From the NCBI GenBank assembly GCA_951406725.2, contig OX597824.1, forward strand, positions 59,520,001-59,584,000: 64,000 nucleotides of DNA, given 5' to 3'. The notes under the pieces were generated by a model. That model did not search any database. It had not been told where the DNA came from and saw nothing but the letters and a program-made list of their open reading frames with translations. Every line of letters starts with the position of its first letter. Position 1 is the stretch's first letter. Positions 1 to 12,999 of this stretch are shown one piece after another. This stretch comes from Octopus vulgaris (lineage: Eukaryota). The translations under genes were made by a program, and so were the position numbers.

Positions 1-4
1 ACCA

Positions 5-54
<50 letters not shown>

Positions 55-68
55 CATACATACATACA

Positions 69-104
<36 letters not shown>

Positions 105-184
105 TATATAGGAACCAAATCCAATATAAACCGTGGATCCGATCTCAGAGCTCGTTCCATTTATTTTCTTCACACACACACACA

Positions 185-248
<64 letters not shown>

Positions 249-833
249 TATTGGGCAGGTGTTGAGGTGGACACTTAGCCAACAGGTTGTTTTCCACCAC
301 CTCTCCACATTATAAATTCCCACATATATTGTATCCCACCACACACTACATGCACACACTCCATGAACTTCAGCAATGCATAAAAGAAAGAAAACACACT
401 AACGAACACAGATGTGTATGCCCACACACCCTGCAAAGCTTATACCACTGCACATATTCCATTTCCACAACACCAACCTTAAGGACACACACATTTCCCA
501 CAAACTTTTCCAGAAAACTCTTATGGACGTGCAACATAACAACCCCATTGGCGATGGTTTGGTTTCAAGGGACATAACTCAATCACCCACTAGTTTCATT
601 TCACCCTTTTCGCAGCAACCGCAAACCGGATGTATCTATTTACTACTATCAATAGAGAGTAGTCGCCATATTTCATTCCACATCAGCTAACTTCTTTTTT
701 GAGCGCAGGGTTATATAATCGGATTGTTATCTAACACTCCGTTGAATCCCTGGCGCGAAACCCATTGCTAAGTTCGGCCGTAATGGATATATAATACTGA
801 ACACTTCGGATAATAGAAACATACATACATACA

Positions 834-861
<28 letters not shown>

Positions 862-864
<3 letters not shown>

Positions 865-2340
865 CTTACAATGGTACCTGTTACAAAACACGTGTCACTA
901 AAGAAAATTACAGCCGAATAAAGAAAATTTGGAGTCAGAACTGTCTGCTTTCAATAAAACAGTGACCCAAATCCATGTACGGTCTGTCCTCCTATCATAT
1001 CAATCCGATACGATCTTCAGATGGCAACACTCCTTGTTGAACAAGATAAATCCTACAGGAACCACACTGATTGATGAGCTCCCTCCTCTCCCTCCTCTCC
1101 CTGAGCTGGATACGAGACCCTCCCTCGTGGAAATCCGTACAGTTCTCTCCTACTTAAAAAACAGGAAATCACCTGGATCAGATGGTGTGTCGGGGGAGAT
1201 CTATAAATATGGTGGTCCTGCTCTTGTCCAGCGTCTTCATCAGAAGTAGTCAGACTGGCCACCACCCAATGTCACACGTGCTTGCTTGCCGTCATGGAAC
1301 TGGCGTAGCATGGCAAAAAGCTTAGGAGGGCATCCATACTTCTGCAGGACATTCCATAATAAAGGGCAGCTAATAGTATCAAAAGCTTTAGTTAGGTCAA
1401 TAAAGCGTCTTGATCCTTCAATGCTGGAAACACACAGACATAATCACCATCTTTAAGAAGAAGAGAGAACGCTCAGAGTGTAGCAACAGCAGAGGTATTT
1501 TACTCCTGGATGTTGCAGGGAAGGTCTTGGTACGCGTTCTGCTCTCTCGATTTCTTGGCCACTCCGTTAAAGGAATCCTCCCAGAGTCTCAATGCAATTT
1601 TAGAGCTAACCGTAGAACTATCGACATAGTCTTCGTCATCAGCCTCCTGTTAGAGAAGTGCCAAGAACAACAGCGTGATGCCTCGTTTGCCTTTATTGAC
1701 CTAACTAAAGCTTTTGATACTATTAGCTGCCCACTACTATGGAATGTCCTGCAGAGGTATGGATGCCCTCCTAAGCTTCTTGCCATACTACGCCAGTTCC
1801 ATGACGGCAAGCAAGCACGTGCGACATTGGGTGGTGATCAGTCTGACTACTTCAACATTCAAGTTGGTGTTAAACAAGGCTGTGTCCTGGTCCCTGTCCT
1901 CTTCAATTTATTTCTTGTGGTTGTGACTTTACTATCTCGCTACGACCTCAACCCCAAAGATGGCATCCCAATTTGATATCGCCATAATGGCAGTCACTTC
2001 AACTTGAGGAGACTAAAATCACTAACAAAGACTCAGTCCACCACTCTCTTCGAATTATAGTATGCCGATGGCTGCGAAGCTCTCACCCACGAACCAGCCA
2101 GCCTTCAGCAGAATCTAGACGTTGTGTGCAATGCCTATCCTCGTGCTGGACTCCAGGTCAACACGAAGAAAACAGAGATCCTTCAACGCTCCAAAAATGG
2201 TTCACCCCCTGTGACTCTTTCGATCCAAGACAACCAGCTAAAGAATACCGAGAAATTCACCTACATGGGTAGCATCATCTCAAGCAATGGGGTCATTGAC
2301 CACGAAATTCAGAATCGCATCCACCTTGCCTCCTCCAAAA
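862..2340 (+). mobile_element. Decayed RTE-clade LINE, reverse transcriptase fragment
   Basis: ORFs 929-1249, 1410-1976 and 2124-2348 give KSPGSDG, WK..IITIFKK, PESQCNFR, AFIDLTKAFDT, GVKQGCVL and *YADG (YADD equivalent) motifs, broken by stops and frameshifts. Confidence 0.9.
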
Positions 2341-2344
2341 AATA

Positions 2345-3370
2345 CTAATAAGCACACATAATTTTCACATAAAGAGTGAAAACAAAATGCTTTTGAATGT
2401 TCTATCATAACCCTTCAGCAACATCTTTTAACCACCAAGTGTCGAAGTTTCTCCATTGACCAAGTTTGCATACATGAAACTGATAAAATCATAAAACTTA
2501 GAAGCAACATTCTTTGTCTGATAACCTAGAACACATGACCAAAGAGGTCACACGACTCTACCGCCTCTATGAGCAGAAGACTGTGCATGGAAATGTTAAT
2601 AAAAAGCTCCAAGATGATAGTAACATTAATCATCAAAGCAGTGTATCATGGACCAATAGCAGGATTACTACTTTCCCACTTTGAAGGGTATGTATGCGTT
2701 TGCAATCCAGGAACAGGAAATATTAAGCAAGTACCCGATGCACAAAAGGGATAGAGAAGCAGGAAAAGCAGAAAAATGTGACAATCGATGCAGACCGAAA
2801 ATATCACCCACATCATAAGCAGTTGTCCGAAAATGTCATCACGATATTATCAACTGATGAGATATGATGCTATAGCTGGGGCACTCAATAATGGAATCCA
2901 TTTGAAGGATAACCTCGAGAACAAAAAAATAAAAACCCACAGTATGATAGAAACCATAGACACTCATAATAAAAATTATTACTGGTGGAACGTCCCAGTG
3001 AAGACCTCAATAAAATGTAAGCGCAACAGACCTGATATAATGATTTGGGATAGAGAAGAGAAGCTGTATACATTTGTGGAAATTAGTTGCCCCGCGGATG
3101 TTAACATAAAGCAGAAGATCAGTGCAAAGAGAACACCTACGCTGAGCTATTGAGAAATCCGCAGTTACTCTATCTAGATTACAAGTTAAGTTCAGGCCTA
3201 TACCTATAATTATTAGGGGTCTTAGGATATGCAACATACTGCTTAAATACCAGTCTTGAGAAATTAGGCTTTTCAAAACCAGTGAGGAGAAAGCTGATTC
3301 AAAGACTACTGATCCAAGCCATCAGTGGAACTGTAAAAATCTGTAAAACTTTCCAAAAGTTTATCATTTA
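2345..3370 (+). mobile_element. 3' fragment of an RLE-type non-LTR retrotransposon (Dong/R4-like)
   Basis: ORF 2788-3153: HIISSCP..RYD (RHD equivalent), WWNVP, NRPDIMIWD..VEISCP restriction-like endonuclease motifs; ends next to (TACA)n. Confidence 0.8.
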
Positions 3371-3632
3371 ATTATATATGAGCATATCTAGATGTGCAAG
3401 TATATGCATGAGAATACATACATAAAGCAAAGCATGCAAATCTGCACATATACATACATACATGCATACATACATACATACATACATACATACAAAAATA
3501 CGCTGTTGTTGAAATTTCAATGAAGTAGCCTTGATCTAGGTTAGAAACCGGCTCATTGACAAGAAATCTTGAGATAAAACTGAACAATGACATATATACA
3601 TACATACATACATACATACATACATACATACA

Positions 3633-3663
<31 letters not shown>

Positions 3664-3677
3664 CATTGCTATTAACC

Positions 3678-3902
3678 GGCGAGCTGGCAGAAACGTTAGC
3701 ACGCCGGGCGAAATGCGTAGCCGTATTTCGTCTGTCGTTACGTTCCGAGTTCAAATTCCGCCGAGGTCGACTTTGCCTTTCATCCTTTCGGGGTCGATAA
3801 ATTAAGTACCAGTTACGCACTGGGGTCGATGTAATTGACTTAATCCCTTTGTCTGTCCTTCTTTGTCCCCTCTGAGTTTAGACCCTTGTGGGTAGTAAAG
3901 AA
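3678..3902 (+). mobile_element. tRNA-derived SINE (central domain resembles the Meta domain of MetaSINEs)
   Basis: A-box-like TGGCAGAAACG and B-box GAGTTCAAATTCC, then GCCTTTCATCCTTTCGGGGTCGATAAATTAAGTACCAG; further copies near 7045, 14883, 50190, 50405 and 61535. Confidence 0.85.
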
Positions 3903-4109
3903 AAAAATTATGCAAAAGAGTCCTTAGTCCAAAACGTTGTTTAAGAAAACGAAAATATAGTTTCACTATTCCATAGCAAAACCGTTGTACTACACTGACA
4001 ATTTTTGTTACCTTGGCATCTGAAGTAGCTGGAGATACCGATAACAAAAATGAATATTGAAAAAAAAGACTCAAATTTTGACTTCTGACAGTTTAACATA
4101 ATAGCAACG

Positions 4110-4320
4110 AAAATGTGACCGCGTGTGTACCGTTGGCGATTTTTTCCTCCGTCTTCCCTTCTTTGGATCTTTCCTTTTCCTATGTTTCTGACGAAGAGCT
4201 TCGCTCGAAACGTTAAAACCTCCTTCTTTCCTTCTTTCTTGAGCATCCAATAATACTATACTTGTTCCATGTCCTCGCGTTGTTGTGTTTTCTCTTTGTG
4301 TTTTCATGTTTGGATTAACT
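4110..4320 (+). mobile_element. Solo Penelope-type pseudo-LTR fragment
   Basis: Similar to the 3' terminus of the Penelope copy at 24790-24985; contains a hammerhead motif; abuts (TA)n/(GATA)n. Confidence 0.7.
4184..4219 (+). ncRNA. Minimal type I hammerhead ribozyme (Penelope-type)
   Basis: GTTT-CTGACGA-A-GAGC-TTC-GCTC-GAAA-CGTTA-AAAC: intact core, stems I and II, palindromic AACGTT stem III. Confidence 0.75.
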
Positions 4321-4364
4321 ATATATATATACATACATAGATAGATAGATAGATAGATAGATAT

Positions 4365-4422
<58 letters not shown>

Positions 4423-4439
4423 GGATGGATGGATGGATG

Positions 4440-4526
<87 letters not shown>
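4321..4526. repeat. (TA)n/(GATA)n/(GGAT)n compound microsatellite
   Basis: Direct reading. Confidence 0.98.
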
Positions 4527-4528
<2 letters not shown>

Positions 4529-5689
4529 ACATATATGTGTAAGATATATGCGAAGACTGGATTTTCGGCGGAGAGCGTGGCCGAAACTCCATCATCAAAG
4601 GTTAAATTTCGATGGGCGGAAAGATCATATTCAACAACGTCAGTGCGGTATGCGTACCTCATTTACAACCCTCTGCTTCTGTGTGTACATTCAGTTGAAC
4701 GTACATCTTTTTGAAACCTTTGGTTCTCTGTATGTATGCAATAGGTTATTCACCTCCTTCAGAAACCTCTTCCTCTGCGTGTACATTGGCAATTTTTTTG
4801 TCAAAATATCAACCAAGTAGACATAGCTGATTTACAATATTTTTCGCTTTCACTCAAATCTGAAAGAAATCTAGAAAAAGACCAAACAATTTAGTAATCG
4901 AATGCAATGTAGTCTTGACTAATGCGAAATAATTGAAACTACTTGAGTGATAAGTTAATATTTCAGGTTCTGTGATGTGTAAGAGGTTTTTAAGCGAAGG
5001 AACATTCATACGCATTCAATCTTAAAATATGTTTTAATTGTGAGAAATTTTGTGTTCAGTCAAACTTGAGTTTCTGTAAACTATTTCACAGATGTTTGAG
5101 CTTTGTGACTCGTCACAAGTGTTAAGAAGTTTGAACGGAGAAGATATCACCTTTTCAATTGATTTAGTTTGATGAATGCATCATGATGTTACAATACATC
5201 ACCGTAAAGCAGTATGGGCATAGCCCCATGCATTAGTATTTAAATATAGCAGTTAGCTCAATTAATCCTACTGTAAAATCTACCGGTAATTAAACCAGAG
5301 AAGATTTATCGTTCATGTTTTAAAGACTTCAGAACTTGAATTAGGATGTGGCTCTATTGGACGTTTCCAAGAAGTAATGAAACTATAAGCTAATTTGTTG
5401 CGTATGGAATAAGTCTGCAGCTGCTGCTACAGCTGCTGCTGATGGTGGTGTTGGTGATGCTATCTCTAATGAAACTACTGCAACAACAAACCCACTCGGA
5501 TAGAATGTTTTTTTATTGATGTTCTTATCGGGAAACTGCAATACGTAAAGAAATGTAAATTCTACAGCTGTGATAGAACCCCCCTACACACACACACACA
5601 CACTAATCTGTTTTTTTTTTTACTCTTGCACCGTTTCATTCAGTATGAATCCCTCTGTCTCAACATTTATTTTATATATCTTTTATATA

Positions 5690-6097
5690 TCTTGCTTCAG
5701 TCGTTTGACTTCGGCCATGCTGGAGCACCACCTTGAAAGATTTTAGTGGAATATATTAACCCCCAAGACATTTCTTTTTTAAGCCTAATACTTATTCTCT
5801 CTTTTGCTGGACCGGTAAATTACGGAGATGTAAACATACCAACACCGGTTGTCAAGTGGTGGCGTTGTTGTTGGTGGGTGGGTGTGTTGGTGGGTTTTTG
5901 GGGCAAATATAGACACAAAGACACACACACATACAAATACATATATACGATGGGCTTCTTTCAGTTTCTGTCTATTATATCTACTCACAAAACTTTGGCC
6001 AGCCCGAAGCTCGAGTAGAAGATACCTGCCAAGGTGTGACGCAGTGGGACTGAACACAGAACCATTTGATTGGAAAGCAAGCTTCTTATCACACAGC
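5690..6097 (-). mobile_element. tRNA-derived SINE (abundant family with internal (GT)n and AGTAAAAG tail)
   Basis: Minus strand reads ..GGTTCTGTGTTCAGTCCCACTGCGTCACACCTTGG..GCTCCAGCATGGCC; same family near 8093, 20588, 21733, 32712 and 43518. Confidence 0.85.
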
Positions 6098-6204
6098 TTG
6101 TACATGCATACGTACAAACATATAAATGTACATACAACATACATACAAACATACACACAGAAGTACACACACACATGTGTGTATGTGTGTGTATGTATGT
6201 ATGT

Positions 6205-6453
<249 letters not shown>

Positions 6454-6580
6454 TCAGGTCATCCCATAAGTTCTGTCAGAATTTTAAATAAAGAAAACAG
6501 GTGATCAAATGTTATATTTAATTGAAACTTAATCATCAATGTACTTTCCCTGATTATCTCTGACTTCCTCCCATCTTCTG
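6454..6580 (-). mobile_element. Mariner 3' end relic (TIR plus transposase C-terminus)
   Basis: Minus strand encodes RWEEVRDNQGKYIDD*, matching the mariner C-terminal RW....N.G.Y pattern; terminus CAGGTCATCCCATAAGTTC abuts (TA)n. Confidence 0.6.
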
Positions 6581-6935
6581 GTCCAATAACCCATCCCGCT
6601 CAAAAGGTCCGTGAATAAGGCTTCTTTATGGATGTTGAACGAAACACCCATGTTTGCAAAGGTGAATTATCCAAAACTCTAAGAATTCCTTTGAACACAC
6701 GGTTATGATGCTCCCCCACTACTTCTGCTCGTGATCAGAGATGTACATATCGACAGCCACTAAGGGACATGCTCAATCGGTTAAGGTCAAACAACTGACA
6801 AGCAAATCTGTGGTATTGAGCAGAATATTTGCTGTAGCCCATCTTTTATACCAAGACAAAACAATGTACATGATAGCACTTCCAATCAGTTAAGATCAGG
6901 AGCCATGAGAGCCATTGTCTGGTGCTGCATCGGGG

Positions 6936-6938
<3 letters not shown>
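6575..6938 (-). mobile_element. Non-coding (AAT)n-associated interspersed repeat, partial copy (same family as 41424-41950); orientation inferred
   Basis: High similarity to 41615-41950; abuts (ATT)n at 6938-7043. Confidence 0.8.
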
Positions 6939-7016
<78 letters not shown>

Positions 7017-7367
7017 CATTATTATTATTATTATTATTATTATTAGACAGAATTGTTAGCACTTAGACCAAAATGCTTAGTGACATTTCTTTGTGATGTT
7101 CAAACACTGCTAAAGTCCTCTTTGCCTGTCATCTTTTTGAGGTCGATGAATTAAAATTCAAATACTTGATGTAATCGACTTCCCTTCCCCCTAGCACTTA
7201 CTGTCCTTGTCCCAAAATTTAAAACCTATTATCATAATTCATTTGCATAAGTTGCTGTCTTATCTGGGTCGATGCGTGATTGTGAGTGACTTGCTTAAAC
7301 AGGACCACGACGCGAATACACATATCTCGACTCCGTATATCTAAATTGTGAGTGTATTAGTGAATAA

Positions 7368-7640
7368 AGACACGTGGCATAGTGGTTAGGATGTCACATC
7401 CACGCTTATAAGATCGTATTTTCGATTTCCAAACCGGCAGTGAATTGTGTTCGTGAGCAAAACACTTCATTTCGTGTTGCTCCAGTTCACTCAGCCGTAC
7501 AGCTGTAAATTAGTAAGCATGTGACTGACTAATGCTCCATCCAGGCGAAATGTTGGCCAGCCTGCCAAGCTAAAATGGTGGTATCATTTGAAAATTAAAG
7601 CACAACGAATAGCATTGTGACTAGCGCTGTATAGCAATAT
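7368..7640 (+). mobile_element. Old tRNA-derived SINE
   Basis: GTGGCATAGTGGTTAGG A-box and TTCGATTTCC B-box, followed by GAGCAAAACACTTCATTTCGTGTTGCTCCAGTTCACTCAGC. Confidence 0.6.
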
Positions 7641-7659
7641 CCGAAACTCTGGTCGATAC

Positions 7660-7707
<48 letters not shown>

Positions 7708-8016
7708 GCGTGTCGAAAAAACTTTGATAAAAACTTTCGAACAAAGATGTCACAGAAAAGGAATATGATCTTGATGGTTACTGTATTGATTTGAAACAAT
7801 TTGGTAAATTTCAAATTCTTCAAACATTAGTAATAATGTTGCCTAGGCTGGTGAATTTTTTTCCACCGCTACAAATCGTTCTCCTGGCTATGTAGAGATT
7901 TGTAAGTTTTGTTTATTTAAATTTAGCTTTTAATTTTAATGTGAGAAATATTTTGTTTAAGAATATTATTATTATTATTATTATCATTATCATCATAATT
8001 ATTGTTATTGTTATTA

Positions 8017-8092
<76 letters not shown>

Positions 8093-8186
8093 CCTCTTTT
8101 ACTCTTTTACTCTTTTACTTGTTTCAGTCATTTGACTGTGGCCATGCTGGAGCACCGCCTTTAATCAAGAAAATCGACCCCAGGAC

Positions 8187-8244
<58 letters not shown>

Positions 8245-8247
<3 letters not shown>

Positions 8248-9843
8248 TCAACAACTCAAGGGCTTACTAGCGATAGTCAAACAAATTGATCAACAACTCA
8301 AGGGCTTACTAGCGATAGTCAAACAATTCAGTGACGACATCAGAATGCAATTCGGCCTCGATAAATGTGCAAAGGCTACCTTTATCAAAGGAAAAATGAC
8401 AGAAACATCTAACGTTAACCTTGACCAACAGAATGTCATAAAAGAACTAGACCCAGCGGAGAGCTACAAGTACCTAGGGATAATTGAAGGGAACGGAATA
8501 AGGCATTCAGAGATGAAGGAAAGGATCAGGAGAGAATGCTATCGAAGAGTGAGAGCAATACTCAAGACAGAGCTGAATGCAAGAAACAGGATCGAAGCAA
8601 TCAATGCATTAGCTATACCAGTCGTGACTTACAGTTTCAATATTGTTAACTGGTCAATTACTGAAATATGTCAGCTCGACAGAAAAATAAGGAAACTGTT
8701 GACAATGCATAGAATGCACCACCCTAAGGCAGATACAGAACGACTCTATCTGCCAAGAAAAGAGGAGGCCGTGGTCTTTTGCAACTGGCAATAACAATGA
8801 AGATTGCTACAATTGGCCTAGACACCTACCTGAAAAACTCTGAGGACTGGATGCTAAAACTTGTCTCAAAACATGAAAACAAGAAAGCATCATACTCAGT
8901 CACAAAACAGGCAAAGGAATATCTAAGTGAATTCCGAATACAACCAATTTCGGAATTAGAGATAGATATACAAGAAACAAGCACAGAAAAAGCTAGGCGC
9001 ATGAAAACCCGTGCCAAAACTGCGGCCTTAGATATTCTGAATAATAAATGGCAAGAAAAACCTCTCTATGGCAAATACCCAAAGAGAGCGAATAATGCAG
9101 ATATCGACAAAGCCCTGACCCATCAATGGCTAATGGCCTCTGGCTTAAAATCTGAAACAGAGGGGTTTATCATAGCAGCTCAAGATCAATGCCTACCAAC
9201 AAGAAACTACCAGGCCAACATATTAAAGATCAGAAGCAGTCCAACGTGTCGTGTATGCAAGCAACAAAATGAAACCATTGACCATGTGGTCTCCAAGTGC
9301 AGTCTTCTAGCGCCTACAGAGTATCTCAACAGGCACGATAGAGCTGCACAATATATTCACTGGGTAATCTGTAAAAACCTGGATTTGCCCCATGAAAAAA
9401 ACTGGTGGGAACACAAACCACCCCCAGTGCTTGAAAATGACCACATCTCACTCCTCTGGAACTTCACCATTCAAACTGACAGGAAGATAGATGCAAATAG
9501 GCCAGACATCATATTGAAAAACTTCAAACAAAGAACATGCCTCCTCATTGATATGACTGTCCCAATCGATATAAACGTATCTGTCAAGACCTACCAAAAA
9601 CTGAGCAAATATAAAGATCTTGAAATAGAAATCAGCAAAATGTGGAAGCTGAAGACTAAAACAATACCTGTTGTCATAGGTGCCCTGGGAATGATAGCAA
9701 AAGGGGCTGATAGCTACCTAACTCAGATACCAGGAAACCCAAAAATGGCAGAAGTTCAAAAGATAGTGCTCATGGGAACTGCTCATATCCTACGCAAAAT
9801 ACTCTCTATGTAATCTCAAGGTTTAAAACAAACATAATTTTCG

Positions 9844-9879
<36 letters not shown>

Positions 9880-10040
9880 TTTTTTTTAGACATTCATTAG
9901 TACAACATCCCCACCCCCCAAATATATGGCACACTAGGCATAACAACAACATGAACTTCCAACCCTGTTGTCTCTTGAGGTCTCTGGGTGAGACTTGGAG
10001 CCAACTTGTACAAATATAAAGCAAAAGTCAAACATAGAAT
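8245..10040 (+). mobile_element. 5'-truncated, relatively young Dong/R4-like RLE LINE (RT C-terminus, CCHC, RLE, 3' UTR)
   Basis: ORFs 8345-8794 and 8779-9813 (one frameshift): FGLDKCA, YKYLG, AAQDQ, CRVC..ETIDHVVSKC, RHD, NRPDI, KYKDL, VVIGALG; (TAA)n on both sides. Confidence 0.93.
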
Positions 10041-10059
10041 AATAATAATAATAATAATT

Positions 10060-12498
10060 GAAACAAAAACATCACACAAACAAATAATCTTATCGAGGCT
10101 TCTAGTAAAACAACAGGATTAAGAACTACTCAGAACAGAACAGCGACGAATAGGAAAGGAAATAAACAACCATGGTGGAAAAGGAGAATTTCGGAAGATT
10201 TAAACTCTTTAAGCAGTGTAATGTCAATACTTGTTGGGAAAAAGAAATGGGGAACTTAAGTATGAATGGAAATTCGAAGAAAGTTAGGAAGAAGTATGGT
10301 GTATAAAAAGATAAACATTTTGAAAGCAGCAGGACCTGATAGTGTACAGTGATCTTGGATGAAGAAGTTCAGGAGTTGCCATTAATTGATCGCAGAGCAA
10401 TTTAATGCATTGATCAATGGAGAAGAAGAAAGGGAAATGGTACTGACAATTATAAACCAATTTTATGCGTACCATTAAGTACTGTCAGGAGGAGTTGCAG
10501 AAGAACTGTATAAATTTCTTAATAAGAAAGATATATTACCGACGGAACAAACAGGCTGTAGATGGACATGCAGAGGTACCAAAGATCAAGTATTGATAAA
10601 CAAAACGGTAATACAAGATTGTAAACGAAGGAGAACACACTTGGGAATGGCTTGGATTGACTATTGCAAAGCTTATGATATGATTCCACATTCGTGGATC
10701 ATCGAGTGCATAGACCTGTTTGGAACTGAGAGGAATACAACGTGTTTCCTGAAGAGAAGTATGGTGGGATAGAAAACTGAACTGACACCTTACGGAAAAA
10801 GCTCGACGGAAAAGAAGCCTGGTTATCAGAAGATGGATTTTCCAGTGTGATAACCTATCTACGTTGCTTTTTATTATCTGCATCAAACTCTGACTTTGGT
10901 ACTTAGGAAAATGAACCTGGGGTACCAAAGAAAGGGAAAATCCCAAACAATCAGCCACCTCCCCTTCATGGATGATTTGAAACTGTATGGCAAAGATAAG
11001 ATAAAAGTGAGTTCTTTGGTGAACACTGTCCACTGTTTTAGTATTGATATTAGAATGGAATTTGGACTCAAGAAGTGCGGAATAATTCACCTAAAAAGAG
11101 GCGAAGTACAGTCCCTTGAAGGGATAGAATTAAAGAATAGAGACATGATTAAACAACCTGAAAGGGAGGGATACAAATACCTTGGGGTGTTCAACGAGAT
11201 AATGGAAAAGAAAATGAAAGAGCAAGTGAGGATGGAGTATTTCCGAAGATTGAAGTTGGTGTTGCGCTCAAAATTGATTGGAAGGAATAACATCCAAGCA
11301 GTTAATACGTGGGCGATTGCATCACTTCGGTATGAAGCGGGAATTATAAAAGGGTAAAAGAGAGAAGTGAAAATAATGGATACCAAGGCCAGAAAATGTT
11401 GACTACACGGCGCCTTCTTCCCTAAGAGTGACACGGATAGGGTATACTCGTCCAGAAGAAACAGTGGGAGAGGTTTGATCAGTTGCTATGAATGTATCGA
11501 AGCAGAGGAAAGCAGCTTAGGGTGGTATATATAAAATACCGTGGAGCCACTTTTGAAACACACGAAGAAGGCCGGCGTCATCAAAACTGAAAATTGTGTA
11601 ACTAAAGAAAAATTTAAGCAAGAAATGAGCAAAAAGAAAAGAAAAGGCATGGAAGGAAATAATATACAGTCAGTTTGCAAGAGATGTTAACATCAATACA
11701 GTGGCTATAGATGAGGAGGAGTGACCTGAAGATTGAGACAGAAGCATTCATATACTCAGCTCAGGAACAAGCATTAAGCACCAACTACAAGCATTAAGGA
11801 CCAACCATAATAGACAACACCACCGATAGCAATAAATACAGATTGTATGGTGAGAGGGGTGAAACGGTATGGTACATCATTAGTGAATGCCCGAAACTGG
11901 CACAACTCGAATACAAAAGATGCCATGACAATATAGCAAGAATGATCCATTGAGAGATCTGTGGAAATTATGGCCAACAAAGAGGAAAGATGTTGTTCGA
12001 GCACACTCAAGAAGAAATCACCGTAAATAGGAACTGCAAAATCCTGTGGGATGCAATGATCCAGTGCGATCACCCGCTCAGGCATCGGAAACAGGATATT
12101 GTTGTGATATATAAAAAAGAAAGAACATGTATGATCATCGACATAGCATACCCCTGTGACAACATGATCAATGTGAAAGAAGGAAGAATAAACAACTATG
12201 ACAATTTGAAGTGGGAAATACGAAGATTGTGGTCAAAGAGAGTAGACGTGATACCAATAGTAAGTGATGCACTTGGAAATATCGGTATCCAACTACCAAC
12301 AGGGCTAAAAATGATTGGTACAAGTGTGCAGATAGAACACCTACAAAAATCAAAGTTGCATGAAACTGCAAGAATTCTTTGTGGGGTTCTTGAAGCATAA
12401 CCAGTAAACCAGTGTCGACTTAATCTGCTAGCTGTGGACAGCTGACACTTTCCATCATACCCAGAAAAATAAGCTGTGATTTTTCATATAATAATAAT
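10060..12498 (+). mobile_element. Decayed Dong/R4-like RLE LINE
   Basis: [35 protein letters not shown] and RKQDIVV motifs in broken frames; TAA tail. Confidence 0.88.
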
Positions 12499-12508
12499 AT
12501 CTAATTAT

Positions 12509-12914
12509 GTAAAGATTGTTTGCCAACATAACATGGTAGTCCTGGTTTATGACTAATGTTGCTGTAATTTAACCACAGGAGACATCGTCTCCAGCTGGCT
12601 ATACGACACGATCTGTGTCTTTCTATTTTCGAACAAGGGAATTTAGCACCCCCATTCAGTTCAAAACAATATCTGTGTATCGCGATTTCAGGGTTATGTT
12701 CCTTCATCAGCACAGAATAATTGTTCGGCTAGAGGTGGCGGTGCCAAATTCCCGTTTGAAATAAAAAGTTTTCAAAGTGACAACCAGTCACTGATTTATA
12801 AATTAGAAAATTACTATTTTTAAATCTAACAACGTGAGATATTCCTGGGGCTAAATTACAGCAACATTAGTCCTAAACCAAGACTGCCATGTTATGTTGG
12901 CAAACAATCTTTAC
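12509..12914 (-). mobile_element. Fold-back element with 72-bp terminal inverted arms and a central hammerhead
   Basis: 12509-12580 is the reverse complement of 12843-12914 (about 5 mismatches); inner arms 12628-12650/12740-12760; 12-bp direct repeat ATCTAATTATGT at 12499 and 12973. Confidence 0.8.
12672..12716 (-). ncRNA. Minimal type I hammerhead ribozyme
   Basis: Minus strand TCTGTG-CTGATGA-AGG-AACATAAC-CCT-GAAA-TCGCGA-TA-CACAGA: perfect core, 6-bp stem I, palindromic ATCGCGAT stem III, AUA cleavage triplet. Confidence 0.8.
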
Positions 12915-12999
12915 TAAAAAGCACTGTTGCTGAATATCTCACGTTGTGAGATTTTAAAATAGTAATTTTCTAATCTAATTATGTGTCTTACTTTCGGTA

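Noticed and set aside
245-815. Unique-looking block between microsatellites with GAAACTAGT on the minus strand
   Set aside because: No intact CUGANGA core or coding motif; cannot be classified.
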